DNA of 63,763 nucleotides, filler included, from Octopus bimaculoides (Eukaryota): assembly GCF_001194135.2 (NCBI RefSeq). It is 5 parts of 5 records of this genome, joined end to end, with 100 filler letters (N's around TTAATTAATTAA, not from the genome) between each part and the next. Parts side by side here need not be neighbours in the genome. Positions count along the whole stretch, not along the records: positions 5,217 to 31,069 come from NC_068981.1; positions 31,170 to 34,959 come from NC_068991.1; 3 more parts are not named here. One strand, written 5' to 3'. Position numbers and translations under genes: made by a program. Shown in pieces: positions 22,406-34,959 of this stretch. The notes under the pieces were generated by a model, which was not told where the DNA came from, did not search any database, and saw only the letters and a program-made list of their open reading frames with translations. Each line of letters begins with the position of its first letter. Within the stretch, counting starts at the first letter, position 1.

Positions 22406-24770
22406 AACGTATTGGTTTCCAATATACTGTTTTTTATAATAATATTGTTCATTCTCGAACATAGGGGTATGCAATGAATAAAACATTTTACAAACATTAA
22501 GTTTACTTCAGAGAAATTCGAGTGATTGAAGAAGCCTCTACGCTGTTGCTTTATCAGCTAGAAATAGCATTGGAATCGCCCTATTGTTTTTTTAAAAAGC
22601 AGAAAGAACACAATTGTATGTTGACCTAGAGGCAGAGTAGGCAAAAAAGGAGAAAGACTGGAAGAAAAATAAAAAAGAAAGACGAGATGGCTATAACAGG
22701 AATGCGTTTGCTAATCGACCTGCTTAACCAGAGTTAATCTAATGATGAACAATAACCAGCTCAAATTAATTGTATAAATTACTAAAGATTACATAACCGA
22801 ATAAGTGTAGGCTTAATGGTTGGTGTCAAATTAGGTTTAAACCGGAGTTTATATATATTATCATCTATATCAATTTATCTAATATCTATATCTGTTTAAA
22901 TGCAATATCTATAAAGTAAAGGTGCTTGGCTGTTTCAGCATCTCAACCTTGCGATCACCCTCAGTAATGCTGTTTTGGGATTACCTTAAAATCTTTTAAA
23001 GGTAGGACCATTATTCCCTATTATAAGCCTGTGTACCTTTTTTTAATTCATTTTTATTGTTGTTAAATTATTTGCTTGTGTAAATCACATTTTTAATGAA
23101 TAAAACATTTTAATTTTTATTTATGTCTGTTTATTTAAATATATCGATAATCAATATCTATCCATCAATTAAGCTCTCGGTTTTGTCTGCATCTGATAGT
23201 TTCTGTCTATCTCACACCCCATCATTTCTTCCCTTTAAAGCTTATTTTCAGATTCTCCTTATGGAAAATTAATTACAATTTTATTTCTAACATCAGCTGA
23301 GGTGTTTCAGAATGCTAGCCATCATAGAATAACTTTGTGGCCGCAATTGAGCGAATTGCTTAACTAGCTTGTACTCACATCTGCACCAAGCTTCGATTAA
23401 TCTTAATTCCGATCGTCATCAAGTACCTTATTTCTGGTTTTAGATACCATATCAGATTTATTCTGTAAGAACTTTTCATTTCAAAACGAAGATTATTCGC
23501 ATTCTTATCCAGGATACCATGGACATGTGTACATATTCAGAAATAAAACACCTGATAAACAATCAGGTATTAAACCGATCGAAATGTAATTTAGATGTAA
23601 ATTCCAAATAAATAGATAAATATTGATTGCTACAGATGAGCTCAATCGTCAAAAGACTGTCACGAATAAAATGAAAGTTTTTGGTTTTGTAAGGTGTTTT
23701 TCGTTCTTTTAAAGTATCCCACATTTTAAAACACATATAATTTGCATTAAGAATTTTCTTTTTCTCAAAACCAATGTTTTTCGAACTTCTTTCTCTGTTT
23801 CCGTTCATCGTGTTATCGGGACAGTCGTCACAGAACGATTTTTTTTCTCTTGATGGTTCGTCATTTCATAAATACCGCACATTCTGAAACACCTGTAATT
23901 CGCATTAAAAAAACAATCAAAAAAAGGCGGGTTCCAGCGTGGCCACAGTCCATTGAATATACCAAGTAAAAGATAATCCATGGTTTTCAAATTTCTTAAG
24001 CTCACTTTCCTCATTTAGCAGCTCATCGTCTCTAGAGGTGCTATGTAAAAGTTAATTTAAACTTCGAAGTATTTAACTTTCTATTATAATCCCATTCATA
24101 TCCAGGATGCATTTATTCACAGCTAGGATACATAAAAATATAAACCAGCGTGTTTGTAGCTATTTTTGTTTTTCCAAAATTTCATTTTCATCGATGATTC
24201 TTTTTACCTCACCTCACAAAGTTCCTGAAGCTCGTTGTTTAATTGTGTATTGTCTGTTTCAGTCATAGGATTACGGTCATGCTGGGGCACTACCTTGACG
24301 GCATTGGTCGAAGACGTAAGCAAATCAATACAGGTTATCAAGATGTGGGGCCACACACACGTATGTGCGCGCACACACACACACATGATACATATACTCG
24401 ATACACAAGTTCCCTCACAGTTTCCGTCTACCAAATTCACTAATAAGGCATTGGTCTGTCCAAAGCTGTAGCAGAAGACACTTGTCCTGTGTACTGCGCA
24501 ATGGGAGTGAACTCAAAATCACGTAGTTACGAAAGGAACATAATCACACACCCATAAGGCCAGCAAATTTCGAGGGTAGAAGATTACTCAATACCATCGA
24601 CTCTCCAATACTTCATTAGTATTTTATTTTTATCGACCCCTTCGTTGACTGCGGTGGGATTTAAACACAGAACATAAAGAGTCGGAACAAGTACTGCAAA
24701 GTATTTTCTCCGACGTTTTAACGATTCTACTAGCTCGAGTATATGTGTGTGTATATACACACACACACAC

Positions 24771-24803
<33 letters not shown>

Positions 24804-25628
24804 NNNNNNNNNNNNNNNNNNNNNNNNNNNNNNNNNNNNNNNNNNNNNNNNNNNNNNNNNNNNNNNNNNNNNNNNNNNNNNNNNNNNNNNNNNNNNNNNN
24901 NNNNNNNNNNNNNNNNNNNNNNNNNNNNNNNNNNNNNNNNNNNNNNNNNNNNNNNNNNNNNNNNNNNNNNNNNNNNNNNNNNNNNNNNNNNNNNNNNNNN
25001 NNNNNNNNNNNNNNNNNNNNNNNNNNNNNNNNNNNNNNNNNNNNNNNNNNNNNNNNNNNNNNNNNNNNNNNNNNNNNNNNNNNNNNNNNNNNNNNNNNNN
25101 NNNNNNNNNNNNNNNNNNNNNNNNNNNNNNNNNNNNNNNNNNNNNNNNNNNNNNNNNNNNNNNNNNNNNNNNNNNNNNNNNNNNNNNNNNNNNNNNNNNN
25201 NNNNNNNNNNNNNNNNNNNNNNNNNNNNNNNNNNNNNNNNNNNNNNNNNNNNNNNNNNNNNNNNNNNNNNNNNNNNNNNNNNNNNNNNNNNNNNNNNNNN
25301 NNNNNNNNNNNNNNNNNNNNNNNNNNNNNNNNNNNNNNNNNNNNNNNNNNNNNNNNNNNNNNNNNNNNNNNNNNNNNNNNNNNNNNNNNNNNNNNNNNNN
25401 NNNNNNNNNNNNNNNNNNNNNNNNNNNNNNNNNNNNNNNNNNNNNNNNNNNNNNNNNNNNNNNNNNNNNNNNNNNNNNNNNNNNNNNNNNNNNNNNNNNN
25501 NNNNNNNNNNNNNNNNNNNNNNNNNNNNNNNNNNNNNNNNNNNNNNNNNAAATGTTTCCTGATCATAAATTAACTAATTTAAATTTTATATTTGCTGCTA
25601 ATATCATAGTAATTTATATGTTGTTGTT

Positions 25629-25979
25629 GGCACTCCGTCGCTTACGACGTCGAGGGTTCCAGTTGATCCGATTAACGGAACAGCCTGCTCGTGAAATTAA
25701 CGTGCAAGTGGCTGAGCACTCCACAGACACGTGTACCCTTAACCTAGTTCTCGGGGATATTCAGTGTGATCAGGCTGGCCCTTTGAATTACAGGAAGAAA
25801 GAGTGAGAGAAGGTTGTGGCGAAAGAGTACAGCAGGGTTCGCCACCATCCCCTGCCAGAGCCTCGTGGAGCTTTAGGTGTTTTCGCTCAATAAACACTCA
25901 CAACGCCCAGTCTAGGAAGCGAAACCGCGATCCTACGACCGCGAGTCCGCTGCCCTAATCACTGGGCCATTGCGCCTCC
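25629..25979 (-). mobile_element. SINE family D (tRNA-like head), full length, 311 bp upstream of RPL21 copy 2
   Basis: Reverse complement of 44488-44861. The head reads ggaggcgcaatggcccagtgattagggcagcggactcgcggtcgtaggatcgcggtttcg. Confidence 0.8.
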
Positions 25980-26290
25980 ACAGTAATTTATAAAACCAGT
26001 AAAGAAAGTTTATTTAATGAAAGAAAGGGAGACAACTGCTGCTATTCCTTATTTATCTCTCTTAGTCAGCTTCTTCCTTAACTGTTGCGCCCTCTAGTAG
26101 GAAGGAAGTGTAAATTATATTCCAAGGGAGTTAAAACCTTCCTTTTTAGCTTTGGCCACCATATTGTACGCACGTACAACGTGGTCTGTTGTCGAGAAAA
26201 GTCAGTATATACTGGACTTTTGCTGCTGAGACTGAACCAGACTTGGTGAAATCGTTGTCTTACTATAGCAGGAACTAAATATTTGCGAAA

Positions 26291-26773
26291 ATGACAAATA
26301 CAAAAGGTTATCGTCGCGGTACTCGGCACATGTTTGCCAGGAGATTCCGCCGCCATGGAGTCCTTCCTCTGTCTACTTATATGAAAGTCTACAAACGTGG
26401 CGATTTGGTCGATGTTAAAGGTGATGGAGGTGTACAAAAAGGTATGCCACATAAATCTTACCACGGTCGTACGGGTCGAGTCTTCAACGTAACACAACAC
26501 GCCGTCGGTGTGATCGTCAACAAACGAGTGAAGCATCGCATCATCCCAAAGAGAATCAACCTGAGAATCGAACACGTGAACCCATCCAAATGTCAAGAAG
26601 ATTACCGTAAGAGAATCGTCGAATGTAGTAAACTGAAAGCTGAAGCAAAAGCTAAAGGAGTCCGCGTTTGTTTGAAGAGACAGCCTGCAGGTCCTGTAAA
26701 AAGGCACTTTGTATCAATTGCTAAAAATAAGCCCACAGTCTTGGAACCAATCCCCTATGAATTCGTGGCATAA
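26291..26773 (+). CDS. RPL21: 60S ribosomal protein L21 (eL21), copy 2, intronless CDS
   Basis: Intact 160-aa ORF with 152/160 residues identical to copy 1. It ends in the canonical LEPIPYEF motif. Confidence 0.96.
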   Translation: MTNTKGYRRGTRHMFARRFRRHGVLPLSTYMKVYKRGDLVDVKGDGGVQKGMPHKSYHGRTGRVFNVTQHAVGVIVNKRVKHRIIPKRINLRIEHVNPSKCQEDYRKRIVECSKLKAEAKAKGVRVCLKRQPAGPVKRHFVSIAKNKPTVLEPIPYEFVA

Positions 26774-26974
26774 ATCTTACAGGGAACACTTCGATAAAAG
26801 GAAGTAAGTTGATGTGTTGAATATATATATATATGTATGTATAAGATATTCCCATCGTATTATCGAACTGGATTTTATACTGTTGTCTATCAAGAGAAAG
26901 ATGAACGAACTAAATATCTTTACTGACTGACTATAATCTGCCAAAACAGATACACTGCTTCCTTTTATATTACA

Positions 26975-26980
26975 AATAAA
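26975..26980 (+). terminator. Candidate polyadenylation signal of RPL21 copy 2
   Basis: AATAAA ~200 nt after the stop codon, followed by GT/T-rich sequence. Confidence 0.4.
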
Positions 26981-29424
26981 TGTTTGAAGTGAACCAAACA
27001 TGTTGGTTTGTATTGATTTTTAAAAATTTTCTTTTGCTAGTTTGTATGTGTAAACGGTTGAAGAGGAATACACGAGTAGATATATATGGAAAAAAGACAA
27101 AGTAGAAAATGCAGCTGGTATACCCAGATTACATATACTCCATCTCCACCATAGATTTTTGAAAAATTAAATTTTGGTAAATTTAAAAGAAAAGTCTTTT
27201 TAAAGACATATTTGTATAGTATTCAAGTAACAGCGGCATTTTTCTTGCTTCTGCCTGTCTCTGTTTCACTTGTTAACTCTTGTGGGTTCGAAGAATGACT
27301 GCTATATATATATATATATTTATATATACACACACACACACATATATATCAAATATATTGCCTGTAACTTTAGTTAGTCCACCACGTGGATGAATCCGAA
27401 TTATTTCCCCCTTCTCAAGTGGCTCTTCTGTTAACTTCCGTTTATCTTTGTAACCGTTCCATTTTCAGCTTTGTCTAATTCTTTATCTCCTGCATATTTA
27501 AATTTATTTTGTTTTTACTTAATATTTCAGTAAATTGATGGGAAAGCAATGTAAGTGAAATTGGGGGAACAACAATAACGGAGAATGTAAATAGGACAGA
27601 GAAAACTACGTCCCATTTTCAAAAAAAAAAAACATGCGCTAGTTTCTTTCTCATAATGAATCTTAACGCTATGGAAACAAATGGGACAACTTATTTTCTG
27701 CACTTATACTGTACAATATGTATAGACATATATATATATGACACTTGAATACGTTTTGAAAATAGTGTATATATGTGCGTATGTACACTTTATATCAAGT
27801 GGCGTAACGTAGGTTGGCGCCTTGTGCAGTAGTCAAATTGACCGCTCTTAGACATTACGTGGCGAAGGTAAAGAATACGCACATCTAGTGATAAGTGCGG
27901 AAAATTCTGAGTATTTCGCCCGTCTTTAAAATATATATACATGTTCTTGGATTTTACCCCACGTTTCAAACTGAATCAATATGGATTTAAAAAGAAGCTA
28001 CTCAATTCGATTATTTCGTCCAATTTCTGTTTAGGGTTTTCAAAGCTGTTTCCTCGTAAGGCATCAACCGTATCCACGGTTTTGTTTGATTCCCTCATTT
28101 CATGGGAGAAGGCGATATTCAGTCGATATCGTGAACCTTGCCTCCCATTATAAGCGCATGGATCACATGTTCAACTGGGAAACAACAACCCGATTGTCTT
28201 ACAGCATTCTATAGGGTAGTCTTGTTCATAATTTCCGAATAAATTCTTCACGTATTTCAACATGAAATGGTAGTTTATATTTAGTCATGTCATTAGGACC
28301 TTCGAAACTTTAAAGTATATTATAATGGTAGCTGCTGTGGGGATCAGGAATATATTTACATACACAGGCGTAGACATGACTGGTTATGAAGCTCGCATCC
28401 CAACCACATGGCTTTGTTCAGTCCCACAGTGAAGATAGTGCTTTCTACGACAGCTTCAAGCCGACCAAATCCTTCTCAGTGAATTCACTAGGTGGAATTT
28501 GAAAGAACAACATCGTATTTATGTGTGCTTACATTTTAGCTCTTTGAAAGTTGCTTACTATGTGGTGGTGTCACTTTTGTCCAAACTGTTCGCAGACTTT
28601 GTGTCTTCGGAGTGTGAAAAAGATCATTTACTTGAAAAACAGGTAAGGGTTAGTAACAGTCCCTCAATATATTGTGTTAACAACGGAAAGCGAGTGAACG
28701 CGAACGCATTTCACATCAAGGTAAGAAGCCAAAATTGTCTTTCATAGAACAAATAGGCATTAATTGGAGACTTGATTGTAAAGCTGAATGCTGAGGTTTT
28801 TTACATGAATGTGTTTAGAAATATATTTATTTCTATTTCTTTGTAGCATTGAAGAAATTTTGAACATAATCTGCCTCCTGTTAATTAGTTTACTGGCAAG
28901 GCTATTTAGTTGGTGGAAAATGGTACTTAATGAATTACTTTAGTGGCCTTTTCTTGTTCGTATTAGTTTTGTACATCTCCCAAATGAAACCTATGCCAGT
29001 CATCTGTGTACAAGATTTCAAAAACCTATAGGAAACTGGTAAATTTTGATAGATATAAGTTGATCATCAGCATTTTGACATCCACTTTTCAATACTTGAA
29101 TGGGTCAGACACATACAGGTTTCCTACAACCAAATCTCCTTTCTATTACCAACTTATCTGTTTCTAAGCAAGGTAATATTTCCCTATGGCCAGACACACA
29201 GAATATTGGAAATGAATGACTGCTTGTATGATAGTAACATTACTTTGTAACTGCCACATGATGTCAAGACAGGGATGGACACACACAAAAGGCTTTTTCA
29301 GTTAAAGCTTAGGTTGGTCCGGGGCTATTGGAGAAGATACTTGCACCTGGTGAAATTATCTTCTGTAGCCCCAGGCTGACCAAAGCCTTGTGAGTGGATT
29401 TAGTAGATAAAAACTGAAAGAAGT

Positions 29425-29570
29425 CACTCCATCGTCGTTTAACGTCCGTTTTCTATGCTGGCATAGGTTGGACGGTTTGACTGAGGGCTGGTGAACCAGA
29501 AGGCTGCACCAGGCTCCAATCTGATCTGGCAAAGTTTCTACAGCTGGATGCCCTTCCTAATGCCAATCAC
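29425..29570 (-). mobile_element. SINE family A fragment
   Basis: Contains tccgttttctatgctggcataggttggacgg...ctacagctggatgcccttcctaatgccaa. Confidence 0.65.
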
Positions 29571-30569
29571 TCAGAGTATATGTGGGTGTGTGCTTGTGTC
29601 ACCATTGTACTAGTAGTATCTTTCATTTACATTCTTCTGTGAAGACTTGTCTAGCCACAGGAGAAATAATGCCTTGTTTGGAAACAAGGGAGGGTTGTTG
29701 ACAAGAAGGTATCCAACCATAGAAAATCTGCCTCAATGAATTCTTTCTGACCCATGCTTGCATGGAAAAGTGGACATTAAAATTATGCTTATTTTGGGTC
29801 TAAGTATTTTTGAAGCTTGTTATCTTACTCAGCTACAACTGGCTGAAAAATCTGCTCACTGCAAGCCCTTTCCAACCACACAGATACTGTGAGGAAGATA
29901 AAGACATTTTAGAATTTTAAAGACAAACTATCCCAAAACCAAATAATTTACTGTACACTACATGTTTTGGGTTGTTACAATCAATTATGGTAAGAAAATA
30001 CTTATGGGCATCTCTCAAACTATTAACCATTTTACAGAGGTAAATATCCTCTTCCTTGTATAGGTCATCTCATAAATGATATATACATATTGTCATAATT
30101 TTATCCACTTTTTCTATGCTTACATGTGTCAGATGGAGTTCATTGAAATAGGATTTTTATAACCAGCTGTCCTTGTCACTAACCTTTACCTATTTCAAAA
30201 TAAAGTAAGATTTTTCGGTAATCACTCGGATTGAGCCTCAGAATTGTCAGTTTCTGTGGAAAGTTTATTCATTTACTTTTGAGGTGTCGAAGTGGAAGAA
30301 GAAGCTAATGGGTGTGTATATGAGTGTGAGCATGTTCTGTTTTATGTATTTGTATTCACTGACATGTTTGATAAAAACTGTTGCATTTTAAATATGCAAG
30401 GCTTTTCTGAAGTCCAAAATGCGACGCTGTTTTTGTTAGCATGTGTGTGTTAGTGGGTGGCATTAATGAAGATGTTGCGTGTTAATTTAATGTGTTAAAT
30501 TTAACTTTATTAATGTATCTCAGATATATACAAGTGATATAGCCAAGTGAGACCTAAAGCCAAAGCCTC

Positions 30570-31069
30570 TGCCAGGATGCATCGCTTGCGAAGACCTGTT
30601 GAGGCAAGTGAAATCTAATCAATTTCGACGGATGGCACCCATGCCAACATCGTCTCCTTCATTGGAAACAGAAACTCGGCTTGCGAAGACCTTTTGAGGC
30701 AAGCAAAATCATGGTAGCACGTGTAAGGACATTCAAGTGAGATCGTTGCCAGTGCCACTGGACTGGCTCCCATGCAGGTGGCACGTAAAAGACACCATTT
30801 CAAGCGTGGCCGTTGCCAGTACCCGCCTGACTGGCCTTCGTACCAGTGGCATGTAAAAGCACCCACTACACTCTCGGAGTGGTTGGCGTTAGGAACGGCA
30901 TCCAGCTGTAGAAACTCTGCTAAATCAGATTGGAGCCTGGTGTAACCACCTGGTTCACCAGTCCTCAGTCAAATTGTCCAACCCATGCTAGCATGGGTTG
31001 GACGATTTGACTAAGGACTGGTGAAACTGGATGGCAAAACCAGGCTCCAATCTAATTTGGCAGAGTTTC
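30570..31069 (+). mobile_element. Long SINE family A copy fused tail-to-tail to an inverted second copy
   Basis: The + copy runs to ccatgctagcatgg (30983-30996). The sequence then continues as a diverged reverse-complement copy up to the gap. Confidence 0.75.
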
Positions 31070-31169
31070 NNNNNNNNNNNNNNNNNNNNNNNNNNNNNNN
31101 NNNNNNNNNNNNNTTAATTAATTAANNNNNNNNNNNNNNNNNNNNNNNNNNNNNNNNNNNNNNNNNNNN

Positions 31170-31213
<44 letters not shown>

Positions 31214-31239
31214 TGATGATGAGGAGGAGGAGGAGGATG

Positions 31240-31315
<76 letters not shown>
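31170..31315. repeat. (AAT)n microsatellite with a GAT/GAG interruption
   Basis: Directly visible. Confidence 0.95.
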
Positions 31316-31316
<1 letters not shown>

Positions 31317-32135
31317 CTATCAAAATGCAAATCTGGAAATAGAGGTAACTCGAATGCGGAGCTTAAAAACAGAAACAGTCCATATGATAATAGGCACATT
31401 AGGTATGATTAAAAAACATTCAGAAGAAAAATAACCGAAGCACCAGGACTTACGAATGTAGTACGTTGGCACAGAAAGAATACAAGAAAAACATGACAAT
31501 CTAGGGAGAGTTATGTAGAAAGCTAGGATTTGAACATACTAATAAATGGTATGAACGTGAACCTAGTAAAGTATTAGAAAGTAAGAAATACAAGATGTTG
31601 GTGAGACTTCAACATTCAGACTAGCAAAGTAATAGAAGCTAGAAAGCTTGATTTATTAGTATTAGATAAAGAGAATCGAAAGTGCCAGATTATTGACTTT
31701 TCAGTCTCAAATGTTGAAGAAATCAATATGCGAGGTATATATATAAAAATAGCAAAGTACCAGGATCTAGCCATTGAATTACAGAGACTATGAAAAGTGC
31801 AGGTAAAATGTATCCCAGTAGTTATAGGTGCATTGGGAACTATCCTTAAAGATCTGAACAGATGAATAAAGGAAATAGGCATAAAATCCAATTTAGTACA
31901 ACTCCAGAAACCAGTGTTAGGGATAGATAGTATACTTAGGAGTGTTCTTGGCATCTAAGATTACTTGTAATAGTCATTACTTGGAACTGCACGCATATTG
32001 CGTAAAGTACTGTCTGTCTGAGGTCCTTGTTGTGACTTGACGAACAGTACACCCCTCCCCCCCCCGTAGATACAATATCTTCAAACAACAACCTCACGAT
32101 ATTGTATACTGTGCAACGTCTATAATGATAATGAT
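31316..32135 (+). mobile_element. Two tandem 5'-truncated R4/Dong-clade (REL endonuclease) non-LTR retrotransposon fragments
   Basis: 31316-31445 encodes NYQNANLEIEVTRMRSLKTETVHMIIGTLGMIKK. 31450-31957 encodes, with frameshifts, HDN..KWYE.EPSKVLE...DFNIQT.KVIEARK.DLLVLDKENRKCQIIDFSV...KYQDLAIELQRL*KV.VKCIPVVIGALG, the PD..D..K REL domain. The 3' end is at taatgataatgat. Confidence 0.8.
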
Positions 32136-32999
32136 CACGAGCAGAAGTAGTGGATGGGGGGCATCATAGCCATAGCCATGTATTGAGAGGAATTCTTTGG
32201 AGTTTGAATAATTCACCTCTGGAAACATGGGTGTTTCGTTCAACATCCTTAAACAACTCTTATTCAAGGTCCATTGAGCGGGACGTGCTACTCGACCTGA
32301 ACAAAATTCTTCCTGGGCCCCACCTGCAAGGTCATGCGCTGTTTATATTGATATGAGATCACCATGTCGTGCACATATGGTTGTGATGCATGTGCCTAGT
32401 GTACCCTTATCAGACGGGTTGTCATGATGGGTATTCTGGGTTTCGTATATTTTACCTCAGTGTCACTTTGATGGCATACACTTCTCTCTCACTCAATAAT
32501 AGTAATAATTGTCCTTTTCAGTTTTTTTTTCTAAAATATAGGCACAAAGCCTAGGATTTTGGGGGGAGAAGACTAGTTAATTACATTGGCCCCTGTGCTA
32601 AACTGGTACTTATTTTATCGATCCCAAAAAGGATAAAAGCAATGTCAACGTCGGCACAGAGGAATTTGAACTTAGAACGTAAAACCGGAAGAAATGCCAC
32701 TAAGTATACGCCTGTATGTTGGAGAATAACAATTGGGTAAGGGTGTGTGCCCTTGGTAGTCAAGGTGATCCTTTATTGACCTTAGTTGGAGGAGGCTCTT
32801 CTGTATTAGGGGAGAACATCATCCATGTTTTCGCATATTTTGTATGCCATGTATAGTTTTTATCTCATCTCCCCTCTGTTCCCTTTCTTCTCATCTTGTT
32901 ATGTAAATTCCGTGTCCTTGTATAGCCCCTTCTCATCTGATACCCCAGGGTAAATTAAAGAAATCATCATCATCATCATCATCATCATCCAGGCCATTA

Positions 33000-33067
<68 letters not shown>

Positions 33068-33269
33068 ACGAGATCGTTTGATGTAGGCAGACCGTTAAGT
33101 TATCGTGGGATTTTACTATGTAATGAGAATATGAAATAAAGCATATAAGTCCTGACATTGTGCAGCTAGAAACAAACAAAAAAAACAAAAACAAAATGCG
33201 TGATCACAGGCATATGTAGTTGTCCTGGGAGACTTCCAGAGTGAAACACAAAGATGAGAAACAACAATA

Positions 33270-33540
33270 ACACTCACAAAACAAAAGCAATGAGCTAAGA
33301 AGAGAAAGAGAAAAGGCCTTTATATCGAAGACAATAAATATCATTCCAGCAATGGTGGTGGCATTCGGAGTGGTGAGCATTATTTGAAAATGTTTTAGAA
33401 AAAAAGCTATTATTGTACATGAATTTGGCACACTCCCAAAACACTGTTTTGCTTGGAGCAGCAAAAATACTGATTTCTTCAACAATACTACTGCTCTGAT
33501 CAATTGCTGACCTTCTAAAATGTAGAAGCAAAACTCAGAA
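33270..33540 (+). mobile_element. Older degenerate R4/Dong-like C-terminal fragment
   Basis: Residual IIPAMVVAFGVV and QKTVLLGAAKIL-like words. Confidence 0.45.
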
Positions 33541-33719
33541 TGGTGCTACTACTATTACATACATAAAAATCATAGACAGCAAAAAAAGCCTTTTTGAAAA
33601 AGACCCGCTCACTAACATATTATGTGCAATCTCTGTTGCTTCTACCTCAGTGGTTCTCAACGATTTTTTTCTACCTATGGATCCTTTGGTTCTTATTTTA
33701 CTTGAANNNNNNNNNNCTA

Positions 33720-33998
33720 GCACTTATTCTATCGGTCTCTTTTGCCGAACTGCTAAGTTACGGGGACACACCAGTATCGGTTGTCAAGCGATGTTGGGGG
33801 GACAAACACAAACACAAACACACGCATATATATATACGACGGATTTCTTTCAGTTTCCGTCTACCAAATCCACTCACAAGGCTTTGGTCGGCCCGAGGCT
33901 ATAGTAGAAGACACTTGCCCAAGGTGCTACGCAGTGGTACTGAACCCGGAACCATGTGGTTCGTAAGCAAGCTACTTACCACACAGCCACTCTTACGC
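33720..33998 (-). mobile_element. SINE family B, near-complete: head, internal microsatellite, tail
   Basis: Head at 33998-33835, then (TA)n/(GT)n, then the tail ttgtccccccaacatcgcttgacaaccg...cgatagaataag. Confidence 0.8.
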
Positions 33999-34431
33999 CT
34001 GCAATAATAAAGAAAAGATGGAAAGAAAGACAGCGCCAGTGGTATCAAGGTATGAAGATTTCTACGAGAGTTCAGTATTACGAAGTAACCACACGGCTAA
34101 GCCCACACACATTGTATAAAAAAATTGTTAAAATATTTTGTGTATTGTAGGAGTATGAACAATTTATTTCACATAAATTTTAGCAACAAAATATTATGTA
34201 GACGCCCAAGGGCCACATGAACCCTGTTTGAAAAACACTAATCTATCTGCTTTTGTATTACGATTACAACGCAGGAGTATGGATGAGGTGTGTCGCGAAA
34301 GACAATACTTTCTCACTCGAAGACTATAGACTATACCAAGTAGCAACAAGAAATTCCACATTCCCCCGAAAAAGGGTTTAAAAAATGTACTGAACAATGT
34401 GTAGCAGGTCTCTCGACCGAGGTAGATCATA

Positions 34432-34620
34432 GGCACAGGTGTGTGTGGTAAAAAGCTTACTTCCCAACCACATGGTTCTGAGTTCAGTCCAACTGCGTAG
34501 CGCCGTAGGCAAGTGTCTTCTACTATAATCTCGGGCCGACGAAAGCCTCGTGTGAGGATTTGGTAGACGGAAAATGAAAGATCCCGTCTTGTATGTATGT
34601 ATGTATGTATGTATGTATTA
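34432..34620 (+). mobile_element. SINE family B head running into (GTAT)n
   Basis: ggcacaggtgtgtgtggtaaaaagctt...gttcagtcc...ggcaagtgtcttctactata...ggtagacggaaa followed by (GTAT)n. Confidence 0.75.
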
Positions 34621-34738
34621 TGTATTAAATACATAAATACTATAATAGTATTAATACTTTGATACAATAGAGCACTCAATATAAATTCAGTATATAATAT
34701 TCTCATTGAATATATTTTACTAAAGATTTATATAAATA

Positions 34739-34959
34739 CTAGCAGTATAACCCGACCTTGTCCGGGTGTGACTTATTATGCCATCTACGATAAGTCTTGC
34801 TAGCTGAAAATCAACTAAAAAAGAAAGCCTTACAATGAAAAACCCTTATGATGTAAATATGTTCATAATTCAAAAGACGATGAAATTAATAGGGAAAGTC
34901 TGAAGGCTGTTTTGCGTAGAATTATTAAGCATACGTAAATTTCATCCGTGTAATTGGCT
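34739..34959 (-). mobile_element. Helitron-like 3' terminus
   Basis: The minus strand reads acccggacaaggtcgggt (GC-rich hairpin), then tatactg, then CTAG followed by T. This is the canonical Helitron 3' end. The 5' part runs into the gap. Confidence 0.55.

Noticed and set aside
26078-26707. 209-aa antisense ORF over RPL21 copy 2 (and the 113-aa ORF at 18618-18959)
   Set aside because: Shadow frames of the RPL21 CDS. Their mutual similarity follows from the sense-strand identity, and no domain is recognisable.
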